Positions 8,343-16,007 of a DNA stretch of 52,640 bases are shown here, in pieces; the first letter of the stretch is position 1; each line of letters starts with the position of its first letter. The position numbers and the translations under genes were made by a program. The notes below the pieces were generated by a model. The model was not told where the DNA came from. It did not search any database and worked only from the letters and a program-made list of their open reading frames with translations. This DNA comes from an uncultured Dehalococcoidales bacterium (GTDB taxonomy: Bacteria; Chloroflexota; Dehalococcoidia; GIF9; UBA5629), in contig CAZDXZ010000001.1 in NCBI GenBank assembly GCA_964509615.1, forward strand, positions 1-52,640, written 5' to 3'.

Positions 8343-10988
8343 ATGAAAGATTTCGATGCCGTAGTGGTGGGGGCGGGCCTGGGCGGAATCTCCGCTGCGA
8401 CCTACCTGGCCAAGGCGGGCAAGAAGGTTGTGCTGCTGGAGAAACATAATGTGCCGGGCGGTTATGCGACTTCGTTTCTGAGAGGGCGCTTTGAATTTGA
8501 GATCGCCCTGCACCAGCTCTCCGGTTACGGGACGGAGGAGGATAAGGGGCCCATCTGGAAAATCCTGCATGACAGCGGTGTCTCGGACCGTGTGGACATA
8601 CTGCACATCCCGGACCTGTACCGCAGCATTTTCCCCGATTTCACCATCGAGCTTCCCAAGGGCAGGCAAAACTATGAGGACGCCCTGTGCAGCCAGTTCC
8701 CGCGGGAGGCCGAGGGCATCAAGAAATTCTCCAATATCATGTTCGAATTCGCCAGGCAGGCCATGCGATCCATGCGGGTGGGCATGAAGGCGGTGATGGA
8801 GAATCCATCCGAGTACCCCGAGCTGGTCGGCAATTTCGGCAAAACGCTGTCCGAGGTGCTCAATCCTCTGGTATCCGATGAGAAGGCGCGGGCAGTGATC
8901 GGGCAGCTGTGGGGCTACTTCTGCCAGCCGCCCTCCAAGATGGCGTTCCTCATCTATGCCCTGGGACTGGTCAGCTACATCAGGTTTGGCCCGGCCCATG
9001 TCAGGGGGACGTCGCAAAATCTCTCACAGGCTTTTATCGATACGATGGAATCCTACGGCGGCGAGGTCTGGTTCAACAACGGCGCCAGGAAGATTATTGT
9101 AAAGGACGGCAAGGTGCGGGGAGTGCTGACGGAGGACGGCACCGAGATCGCCACGCAGCACGTCGTGTGCAGCGCCAACCCGGTGACCACCAGCCTGGAG
9201 CTGGTCGGGCGCGACAACATGCCGGGCTGGTACCTCAACCGGCTGGGCGGATGGAGCGGCGGCGCCAGCACATTTAACATCTACGTGGGCCTGGACTGCC
9301 CCTGCCAGGATGTCGGGCTTAACGTACACGAGAATTTCGTCAATAAGACTTATGACCTGGACGCACAGTACGAAAATATGCGCAATTCGCTTGATTATGA
9401 GCCGGACGGCAATGCCATCGTGGCTTACAACGTGGTTGATCCGACCGTTTCGCCCAGGGGCACGGCATCGTGCGTGATCACGCAGATAGCCTATGCCGAC
9501 CCCTGGCTGAAGCTGTCCCCATCCGAATATGTAGTGGCCAAGAACAGGATGGCTGAAAAGGTGCTCAAGCTGGCGGAAGTGGCGGCGCCGAATCTGAGGG
9601 AGCATATCGAGGTGATCGAGGTTGCCACGCCGCTGACCAATATCCGCTACACGGGAAATCCGCGCGGCAGCATCATCGGATTCGACGAGAACTTCACCGG
9701 TACCGGGTTCCTGCGCATACCCATGCGCGGGCCGCTGGAGGGGCTGTATTTCGCCAATGCCTGGGTCAATATCGGAGGTGGATTCGAATCGTGCATCGCC
9801 TCGGGCGCAATGGCATCGCGAGAAGTGCTGCGCGACATGGAGAAGGGTCCCTGGGATGCGGGCGAGATAACCAAGATGAAGGAATCGCTGGAAAAGCAAA
9901 AGGTGCAGGCTCATGAGCTGAAGGACACCATCACACCCGAGGATAAATTCGTGAAGAGCATCCATCCCCGCAGGCTGCAGCTCAAGGTCAAGGAGATAGT
10001 CAAAGAGACGGCCAGCGCCAAGACTTTTAGGTTGGAATCCAAGAACGGCCGGCTACCGCACTTCCGCGCCGGCCAGTATATCAACCTCTTCGTGGATATC
10101 AAGGGTGTCAAGACCTCGCGACCCTACAGCATATCGTCGACGCCGGGCAAGCCGTACTATGACATCACGGTACGCCGTGTTGACGGCGGCTTCGTTTCGC
10201 ACTACCTGCTGGACAGCGTCAAGGTCGGTGACAGCTTTGAATCAACCGGTCCCAACGGATATTTCTACTATGAGCCGCTGATGGACTCGTCGGACCTCGT
10301 TCTCCTGGCGGGCGGCAGCGGCGCAGCGCCTTTCATCTCCATCATTCGCGAGACTATTGAAAAGAAGCAGCCGCTGAAGATACATCTGATCTACGGCAGC
10401 CGCAAACCGGATGACATAATCTTCGAAAAAGAGCTTAAAGAGATCGTTGCCAAAAACAAGAACATCAAGGTCGATTACGTGATGAGCGAACCCCCGGCGG
10501 GCTGGAAGGGCGCCTCGGGCTTCCTGGATGACAAGGTGATCTCGAAGCTTGCGGGCGATCTGAAGGGAAAGACGGTGTTTGTGTGCGGACCGGCGCTGAT
10601 GTATGAGCTCTGCGGACCGGCGCTGGCCAAGCTGGGTGTGCCCGCCAGGCGGACCAAGCGCGAAGCATACGGGCCGCCGCAGGATGTGACCAAAGAGCCT
10701 GCCTGGCCAGGAACAGCCGCGTCCAAGGAATTTGAGGTCATTGAAATGCGGAGCGGCAAGAAAGCCAAAGCCAAGGCCGGTGAGCCGCTGATGAACTCGC
10801 TGGAACGGGCGGGCATCGTGGTACCGGCCATCTGCCGCTCCGGTGAGTGCACGGCCTGCCGCACCAAGCTGATCTCAGGCAAGGTCTTCACACCCTCCAG
10901 GGTGCATCACCGCCAGGCGGACAGGAAGTCGGGATATATTCATCCCTGTATGAGCTATCCTCTTGACGATCTGCGGATCAAAGTGTAA
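8343..10988 (+). CDS. three-module fusion: CrtI/phytoene-desaturase-family FAD oxidoreductase + FNR-like FAD/NAD(P)-binding reductase + plant-type 2Fe-2S ferredoxin (881 aa)
   Basis: N-terminal Rossmann DAVVVGAGLGGISAATYLAKAGKKVVLLEKHNVPGG. From about aa 537, RPYSISS (RxYS), LLAGGSGAAPF (GGxGxxP) and VFVCGP. C-terminal CRSGECTACRTK...HPC (Cx4Cx2C...C). Confidence 0.85.
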   Translation: MKDFDAVVVGAGLGGISAATYLAKAGKKVVLLEKHNVPGGYATSFLRGRFEFEIALHQLSGYGTEEDKGPIWKILHDSGVSDRVDILHIPDLYRSIFPDFTIELPKGRQNYEDALCSQFPREAEGIKKFSNIMFEFARQAMRSMRVGMKAVMENPSEYPELVGNFGKTLSEVLNPLVSDEKARAVIGQLWGYFCQPPSKMAFLIYALGLVSYIRFGPAHVRGTSQNLSQAFIDTMESYGGEVWFNNGARKIIVKDGKVRGVLTEDGTEIATQHVVCSANPVTTSLELVGRDNMPGWYLNRLGGWSGGASTFNIYVGLDCPCQDVGLNVHENFVNKTYDLDAQYENMRNSLDYEPDGNAIVAYNVVDPTVSPRGTASCVITQIAYADPWLKLSPSEYVVAKNRMAEKVLKLAEVAAPNLREHIEVIEVATPLTNIRYTGNPRGSIIGFDENFTGTGFLRIPMRGPLEGLYFANAWVNIGGGFESCIASGAMASREVLRDMEKGPWDAGEITKMKESLEKQKVQAHELKDTITPEDKFVKSIHPRRLQLKVKEIVKETASAKTFRLESKNGRLPHFRAGQYINLFVDIKGVKTSRPYSISSTPGKPYYDITVRRVDGGFVSHYLLDSVKVGDSFESTGPNGYFYYEPLMDSSDLVLLAGGSGAAPFISIIRETIEKKQPLKIHLIYGSRKPDDIIFEKELKEIVAKNKNIKVDYVMSEPPAGWKGASGFLDDKVISKLAGDLKGKTVFVCGPALMYELCGPALAKLGVPARRTKREAYGPPQDVTKEPAWPGTAASKEFEVIEMRSGKKAKAKAGEPLMNSLERAGIVVPAICRSGECTACRTKLISGKVFTPSRVHHRQADRKSGYIHPCMSYPLDDLRIKV

Positions 10989-11024
10989 AAGTAAATTATG
11001 AGTATGTAGCTAAGGAGGCTAATT

Positions 11025-13421
11025 ATGACTACAAGAACAGTGAACTTAATGGTTAAAACTCCCATCAAGGCGCAGCAGGTGGCGCTGGATTATCTGAGCG
11101 CCGATGCCAGGGCGACGCGGCCCGGTTTCATCTGGTCGCTCGATCTGGAACGCGCGAGGCTGGTGACGCAGTCTTACAAAATGACCGAAGGCCAGCCGAT
11201 AATCACCCGGCGTGCCAAAGCGCTGGCGCATATACTGGATAATATGACCCTTTACATCAGGCCCGATGAAATGATCGTGGGTAATTATGCCTCCAACAGC
11301 GACTCGGTGCCTTTTTACCCTGAGCTGGCCTGGAAGTGGATAGCCAGGGAGACCGCTCCGGGGCAGGTCTACCAGAGCATGCTCAACGATGAGGGCAGAA
11401 AGGAATTGAAGGAGATCGGCGAGTACTGGGGAGACCGCTCCATCCACCACATGAGCAAGAAATACCTTACCCCCGAGCTGAAGGAGCAGTTCTGGATCTT
11501 CAACTGGGAATCAGCCACACCCAACTATGACAAGATACTCTCCATAGGTTTGAAAGGCATCCTGGGGGAAGCCAGAGAGAGGTTGAAGAAGCTCGATCGA
11601 GAATACATGGACGAGACGATCAACGGCATTGATTTCGTCAGCAAAAAGGAATTTCTGGAGAGCACCATCATCAGCATGGAGGCGGTGTGCAGGTGGTCGA
11701 AGAGGTATGCTGAGCTGGCGCGCAGCCTGGCGAAATCAGAGAAGGACGTGCTCAGGAAAGTTGAGCTCGGCAACATTGCCGAGGCCTGCGAACAGGTGCC
11801 GGAGCACCCGGCGCGCACGCTGCTCGAGGCAATACAGTCATACTGGTTCATCCACCTGGTAGTCAACTTCCTCGAGATGCCCCAGGTGGGTTCCGGCGTA
11901 CGCTTCGACGTGGTATTCAACCCGTTCTATGAGAAGGACCTGGCCGCGGGCAAGATAACACGTGAATCGGCGCAGGAGCTGGTGGAGTTCCTTTTCGTTA
12001 AATTCCAGGAGACGGGCTTCCTGCATGCGCCTATCTGGTCCGGCTTCGGCGGTGGGGCGCTGGGGTTCCAGACCGTCACAATCGGCGGTGTGGACTCCAA
12101 GGGCCGAGATGTCACAAATGAGATGAGCCTTATCATCCTCGATGCCACCAAGACCGTCCGCGCCATCGTGCCGCCGCTGGCGCTGCGCTGGCATGACGGC
12201 ATACCGCGCAAGCTGGTGGACAAGGCTATCGAGTGCCTGGCATCCGGGATGCCGCAGCCGGCTATCTTCAACGACAAGGTGTGTGTGCTGAGACTGGTCA
12301 ACATGGGCACGCCGCTTGAGGATGCACGCAACTACTCCATCAACAACTGCATGGTGCCCACCATACCCGGCAAAAACTTCAGCCACATCTCGGCCTGGGC
12401 CAGCGGTGTGCCGGCGCCCCTCTGCCTCAACCAGGCGCTGGGCATAGACCCGCTGGCTATCTATAAGAAAGCGGGCAACAAGGTGCTCGATCCCGAGAAA
12501 GTAAAGTCCATGCAGGAAGTTTTCGATGCGTTCATAGAGAACTACCGGCTGGTGATTCACCGTCTGGTGCGCATCGCCAATATCGCAGACGCCCTTTACA
12601 AAGCGTGGGCGCCGCGCCCCTTCCTGTCTTCCGTTATCGATGACTGCATCGAGAGGGCGCAGGATGTGCGCGATTGGAACTATATGCCCGATTACCGCGA
12701 TGTAACGCTTTTCGGCCTGAACACGGTGGCAGATTCGCTGACAGCCGTGAAAAAGGTGGTTTTCGACGACAAAAAGATCAGCATGAAGCAGCTTGTGGAA
12801 GCTTTGAAGAACAACTGGAAAGGTTACGAAGAGATTCGCCAGCTATGCCTGCGCGCCCCCAAGTTCGGCAATGACGATGATTATGCCGATCTGATCTCGA
12901 GCGAGGTTGCACGCAGAATAGAAGAGGAGACCAGCAAATGCAAGACCAACTGGGGCACATCGGTGCATGTGGACGGGACCGCCGCCACCGCCTGGTGGAG
13001 CTTCGGCCGCGTTTGCGGCCCGACCCCGGATGGGAGGATGAGCGGAGATCCCTTCAACGACGGGACCATCTCCCCCATGGCGGGACGTGATAAGAAAGGC
13101 CCTACCGCGGTGCTCAAATCCGTAGCGAAGGTAGACCCGCTGGAGAGCTGGAACCACCTCTTCAACCAGAGCTTCATGCCGCAGTTCCTGGTGGGACACA
13201 ATGCCGAGGTCTTCGCTCAATACCTGAAGACTTTTGCCGACATGGGGATACACCATATCCAGTTCTCCACGGTCAACAGGGAGACACTGGAGGATGCGCA
13301 GGACCATCCTGAGAAATATCCCACACTGATGGTCAGGGTGGCTGGATTCGCCGCGTACTTCGTCGATCTCGACCGCAGCATCCAGGATTCCATCATAGCC
13401 AGGACTCCGCAGTGCTTTTAA
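11025..13421 (+). CDS. glycyl radical enzyme, PFL2/PflD-like (798 aa)
   Basis: C-terminal glycine-radical motif MVRVAGFAAYFVDLDRSIQDSIIARTP (Gly774). Candidate thiyl Cys442 in ...DARNYSINNCMVPTIPGK.... N-terminus is typical of the PFL2 family (ERARLVTQSYKMTEGQP..RRAKAL). RBS AAGGAGG. Confidence 0.9.
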   Translation: MTTRTVNLMVKTPIKAQQVALDYLSADARATRPGFIWSLDLERARLVTQSYKMTEGQPIITRRAKALAHILDNMTLYIRPDEMIVGNYASNSDSVPFYPELAWKWIARETAPGQVYQSMLNDEGRKELKEIGEYWGDRSIHHMSKKYLTPELKEQFWIFNWESATPNYDKILSIGLKGILGEARERLKKLDREYMDETINGIDFVSKKEFLESTIISMEAVCRWSKRYAELARSLAKSEKDVLRKVELGNIAEACEQVPEHPARTLLEAIQSYWFIHLVVNFLEMPQVGSGVRFDVVFNPFYEKDLAAGKITRESAQELVEFLFVKFQETGFLHAPIWSGFGGGALGFQTVTIGGVDSKGRDVTNEMSLIILDATKTVRAIVPPLALRWHDGIPRKLVDKAIECLASGMPQPAIFNDKVCVLRLVNMGTPLEDARNYSINNCMVPTIPGKNFSHISAWASGVPAPLCLNQALGIDPLAIYKKAGNKVLDPEKVKSMQEVFDAFIENYRLVIHRLVRIANIADALYKAWAPRPFLSSVIDDCIERAQDVRDWNYMPDYRDVTLFGLNTVADSLTAVKKVVFDDKKISMKQLVEALKNNWKGYEEIRQLCLRAPKFGNDDDYADLISSEVARRIEEETSKCKTNWGTSVHVDGTAATAWWSFGRVCGPTPDGRMSGDPFNDGTISPMAGRDKKGPTAVLKSVAKVDPLESWNHLFNQSFMPQFLVGHNAEVFAQYLKTFADMGIHHIQFSTVNRETLEDAQDHPEKYPTLMVRVAGFAAYFVDLDRSIQDSIIARTPQCF

Positions 13422-14371
13422 ACTCACAGGAGGCCGGCGAGACGGGCGACGTTAAGTCTGAAAAAGACCTGAAAGGGCTGGTATTTAATATCCAGCGCTA
13501 CAGCATTCACGACGGACCGGGCATAAGGACGACGGTCTTTTTCAAAGGTTGCCCGCTGCACTGCAGGTGGTGCTCCAATCCGGAATCTATCAGTCCCAAG
13601 CCCGAGATACTGGTGAGGGAGGCCGGGTGCAACGGCTGCCGGCGCTGTTTAGACGTTTGTTCGGCGGGAGCTTTATCACTGGCCTCCACCGGCCTGTGGC
13701 TGGACAGGGCTAAATGCGACCTCTGTCTGAAATGCATTGACGCTTGCTGGGAAGACGCGATAGAGGTGGCCGGGCGTTATATGACGCTCGATGAGGTGGT
13801 GGAAGAGTGCCGGAGGGACGAGCCCTTCTACCGCAACTCCGGCGGCGGCGTAACGCTTTCGGGAGGCGAGCCGCTGTTGCAGGCGGACTTCGCCCTGGCG
13901 CTTCTCAACAGGTGCAGAGCGCTGGGCTATAACACAGCGCTGGATACCTGCGGGCAGGTAGCATGGGGCGTTCTGGACAGGGCGCTCGATTCTGCCGACC
14001 TCATACTATTCGATATCAAGCATCTGGATGCCGATGAGCACCGGGACGGCACAGGCGCGGACAACAAGCTGATTCTGTCCAACCTTGAGAAAGCTGTGAG
14101 TTCCGGCAAGTCGCGGATCTGGATCAGGATTCCCGTGATACCGGGATACAACGACTCCAGCGAGTATATTGATAAGCTGGCCGCCAGGTTGCGCGGTATG
14201 AAGGCCGAGAAAGTGTCTGTGCTCGGTTATCACGAGTTCGGCCGTCCCAAATACCAGTCGCTGGGGAAGGCCTACCAGCTCAGCGGCCGCAAGCCGCTGG
14301 GCAGTATCCGCCTCAACGAGATCGTGGATATATTCAAGTCGGCCGGCCTGGACGCCACCGCAGGGTATTGA
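13412..14371 (+). CDS. glycyl-radical-enzyme activating enzyme (radical SAM, with two auxiliary ferredoxin-type clusters)
   Basis: GPGIRTTVFFKGCPLHCRWCSNPE (CxxxCxxC), then CNGCRRCLDVC and CDLCLKCIDAC, then SGGEPLLQ. The GTG start overlaps the GRE stop by 10 nt. Confidence 0.9.
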   Translation: MLLNSQEAGETGDVKSEKDLKGLVFNIQRYSIHDGPGIRTTVFFKGCPLHCRWCSNPESISPKPEILVREAGCNGCRRCLDVCSAGALSLASTGLWLDRAKCDLCLKCIDACWEDAIEVAGRYMTLDEVVEECRRDEPFYRNSGGGVTLSGGEPLLQADFALALLNRCRALGYNTALDTCGQVAWGVLDRALDSADLILFDIKHLDADEHRDGTGADNKLILSNLEKAVSSGKSRIWIRIPVIPGYNDSSEYIDKLAARLRGMKAEKVSVLGYHEFGRPKYQSLGKAYQLSGRKPLGSIRLNEIVDIFKSAGLDATAGY

Positions 14372-14419
14372 CAGCTGGGCCTGGCGGCTCGCAGCCGGCG
14401 CAGGATTAGACAAAATATA

Positions 14420-14453
14420 GGGGCTTCGCCGAAGCGAAGCCCCTTGATCTTTC
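14420..14453 (+). terminator. Rho-independent terminator closing the GRE operon
   Basis: GGGGCTTCGC-cgaa-GCGAAGCCCC, a perfect 10-bp stem (14420..14443), followed by the T-rich TTGATCTTTC. Confidence 0.7.
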
Positions 14454-14809
14454 AGATCCTTGCTCCTCCCTACTCTCCCCCAGAGGAAAGCCTCAATACT
14501 TTGCTTTATCCTTCATTTTTGCAGCTTCTTTACTGCTTAACGGAGAGCTCGGGAGTTTTACCTGCTCTCCCCTTCTGCACGCCCGCAGACTATCTCTGCT
14601 CCTCCTGCAGGGGAGAGCTTCCTCGAGGAAAGAGCCATTCTACAAACATGGCCTGTTTCTTGACCATTTCCTGCCTCCCGGGGGGCTTATCGGTCTCAAT
14701 GCCCCTCAATTTCATGCTACTACTAACGACCGGAGCGGTCAAACTGAATGGAGAGCGCCTTGCAGACCGTCCCTGGGTGCTACATAATGTTGTGGTTGAA
14801 AGGGAACAA

Positions 14810-15862
14810 ATGATGGCGAAAAAGATGTTGCTGGGCCTGGGCACCGACGAGTTGAAAAACCTGACGGCCGATCTCGGGCAGAAGAAGTTTCGTGGCAAAC
14901 AGGTGTCCGACTGGATATACAGGCGCGGCTGCCGGCAGGTCGACGATATGACCGATCTCCCGGCCCCCTTCAGGGCCGTGCTGGACGAGTCGTGGACGGT
15001 GGGAAGGTCATCAGTCAGGAATGTCAGCACGGGCAGGGACGGCACATTCAAACTGCTGCTGGTGCCTTTTTACGGCGACCTGGTGGAGACCGTGGGCATG
15101 CCGTATGATGACCGTTTCTCCTGCTGTGTGTCCACCCAGGTGGGATGCCCGGTGGCCTGTGCCTTTTGCGCTACAGGCGCCGACGGTTTCAAACGCAACC
15201 TGGCTGCGGGCGAGATAGTCGACCAGGTCCTGACCGTGGGAGATATCGCAGTCCGTAGAAAGATACTCGCTGATGAGGGAAGGGTCAGCCATGTTGTATT
15301 TATGGGAATGGGTGAACCGTTGCTTAATTACGATGCCACCCTGACCGCGCTGCGTCTGATCAATGAAGAGCTGAAGATAGGGATGCGCAATATAACGGTT
15401 AGCACGATCGGTTATGTTCCCGGTATATACCGGCTGGCGGCTGAAAATATGCAGTTCACGCTGGCGGTCTCGCTGCATGCCGCCTCGGACGCATTGCGCA
15501 GAAAGCTGGTGCCTGGCATGTCACGCTACCTGTTGAAGGATATAGTTGCAGCCTGCCAGCATTACGTCAACCAGACGGGCCGGCGGGTTACGTTCGAGTA
15601 CTGCCTGCTGAAAGGGATAAACAATAGTGCGGCGGAAGCGGCCGCCCTGGCCTCGCTGCTAAAAGGATTAAACTGCCACGTGAACCTCATCCCCTTTAAC
15701 GAGGTGCCGCACGGCAATTACAGGCATCCCGAAGCCCCGGCAATCGCTTTCTTCAGACAGGTGCTCGAGAGATCGAGCATAACCGTAACGCAGCGGGAGC
15801 AGAAGGGAGCGGGCATACAGGCGGCCTGCGGGCAGTTAGGCCGGCAATCCTTATCTAAATAA
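14810..15862 (+). CDS. rlmN: 23S rRNA/tRNA adenine-C2 methyltransferase RlmN (radical SAM)
   Basis: The track ORF 14444..15862 is over-extended. The RlmN-like sequence starts at ATG 14810 (MMAKKMLLGLGTDELKNL..FRGKQVSDWIY). Motifs CPVACAFCATG, GMGEPLLNY, and the C-terminal GAGIQAACGQL. Confidence 0.9.
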   Translation: MMAKKMLLGLGTDELKNLTADLGQKKFRGKQVSDWIYRRGCRQVDDMTDLPAPFRAVLDESWTVGRSSVRNVSTGRDGTFKLLLVPFYGDLVETVGMPYDDRFSCCVSTQVGCPVACAFCATGADGFKRNLAAGEIVDQVLTVGDIAVRRKILADEGRVSHVVFMGMGEPLLNYDATLTALRLINEELKIGMRNITVSTIGYVPGIYRLAAENMQFTLAVSLHAASDALRRKLVPGMSRYLLKDIVAACQHYVNQTGRRVTFEYCLLKGINNSAAEAAALASLLKGLNCHVNLIPFNEVPHGNYRHPEAPAIAFFRQVLERSSITVTQREQKGAGIQAACGQLGRQSLSK

Positions 15863-15907
15863 GTAGATATACGGATTGTCAAAGTCCCCGTCATGCTCCC
15901 ATCAAAC

Positions 15908-15935
15908 TTGACTTTACGAGTAACTATGTTACAAT
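15908..15935 (+). promoter_or_regulatory. sigma70-type promoter ahead of the acyl-CoA ligase array
   Basis: TTGACT (15908..15913), 16-nt spacer, TACAAT (15930..15935). Confidence 0.55.
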
Positions 15936-15959
15936 TGACCGGTCAATTAACGATTGACC
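15933..15959. promoter_or_regulatory. candidate operator: 16-bp perfect palindrome plus a third half-site
   Basis: AATTGACCGGTCAATT (15933..15948) overlaps the -10 hexamer. A further ATTGACC lies at 15953..15959. Confidence 0.5.
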
Positions 15960-16007
15960 ACAAGACGGGAACACATCGCGCCGTTGGCGATGCGGGTCGG
16001 AGTCGAA

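Noticed and set aside
7884-9965. 377-aa and 313-aa minus-strand ORFs (7884..9017, 9024..9965)
   Set aside because: They are antisense to the crotonase and the CrtI-like fusion gene. They have no recognisable motifs, no RBS and the same R/G/H/L-biased composition. The same reasoning applies to 2165..2992(+), 11838..12560(-), 16779..17567(-), 19666..20955(-), 22228..23079(-), 24940..25704(-), 27332..28090(-), 30933..32115(+), 35244..35963(-), 36436..37473(+), 44238..44989(-) and 51620..52372(+).
14444-14809. 122-aa N-terminal extension of rlmN (track 14444..15862), and 15954..16007 extension of ligase paralog 1
   Set aside because: RlmN homology and normal length (350 aa) begin at ATG 14810, and the extension starts inside the upstream terminator. 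For the ligase, the TTG at 15954 lies inside the candidate operator, and all paralogs start at the YPWFK motif.
4376-15862. GRE locus as a known class (microcompartment-associated GRE, benzyl-/alkylsuccinate synthase operon, or true pyruvate formate-lyase)
   Set aside because: No BMC shell-protein ORFs are present. No 60-90-aa Cys-rich small-subunit ORFs flank the GRE, since the intergenic gaps are only 36 nt and an overlap. The Cys loop has a single Cys, so it is not PflB-like. Assignment to a known class is therefore unsupported, though a subunit-less fumarate-adding enzyme is not excluded.
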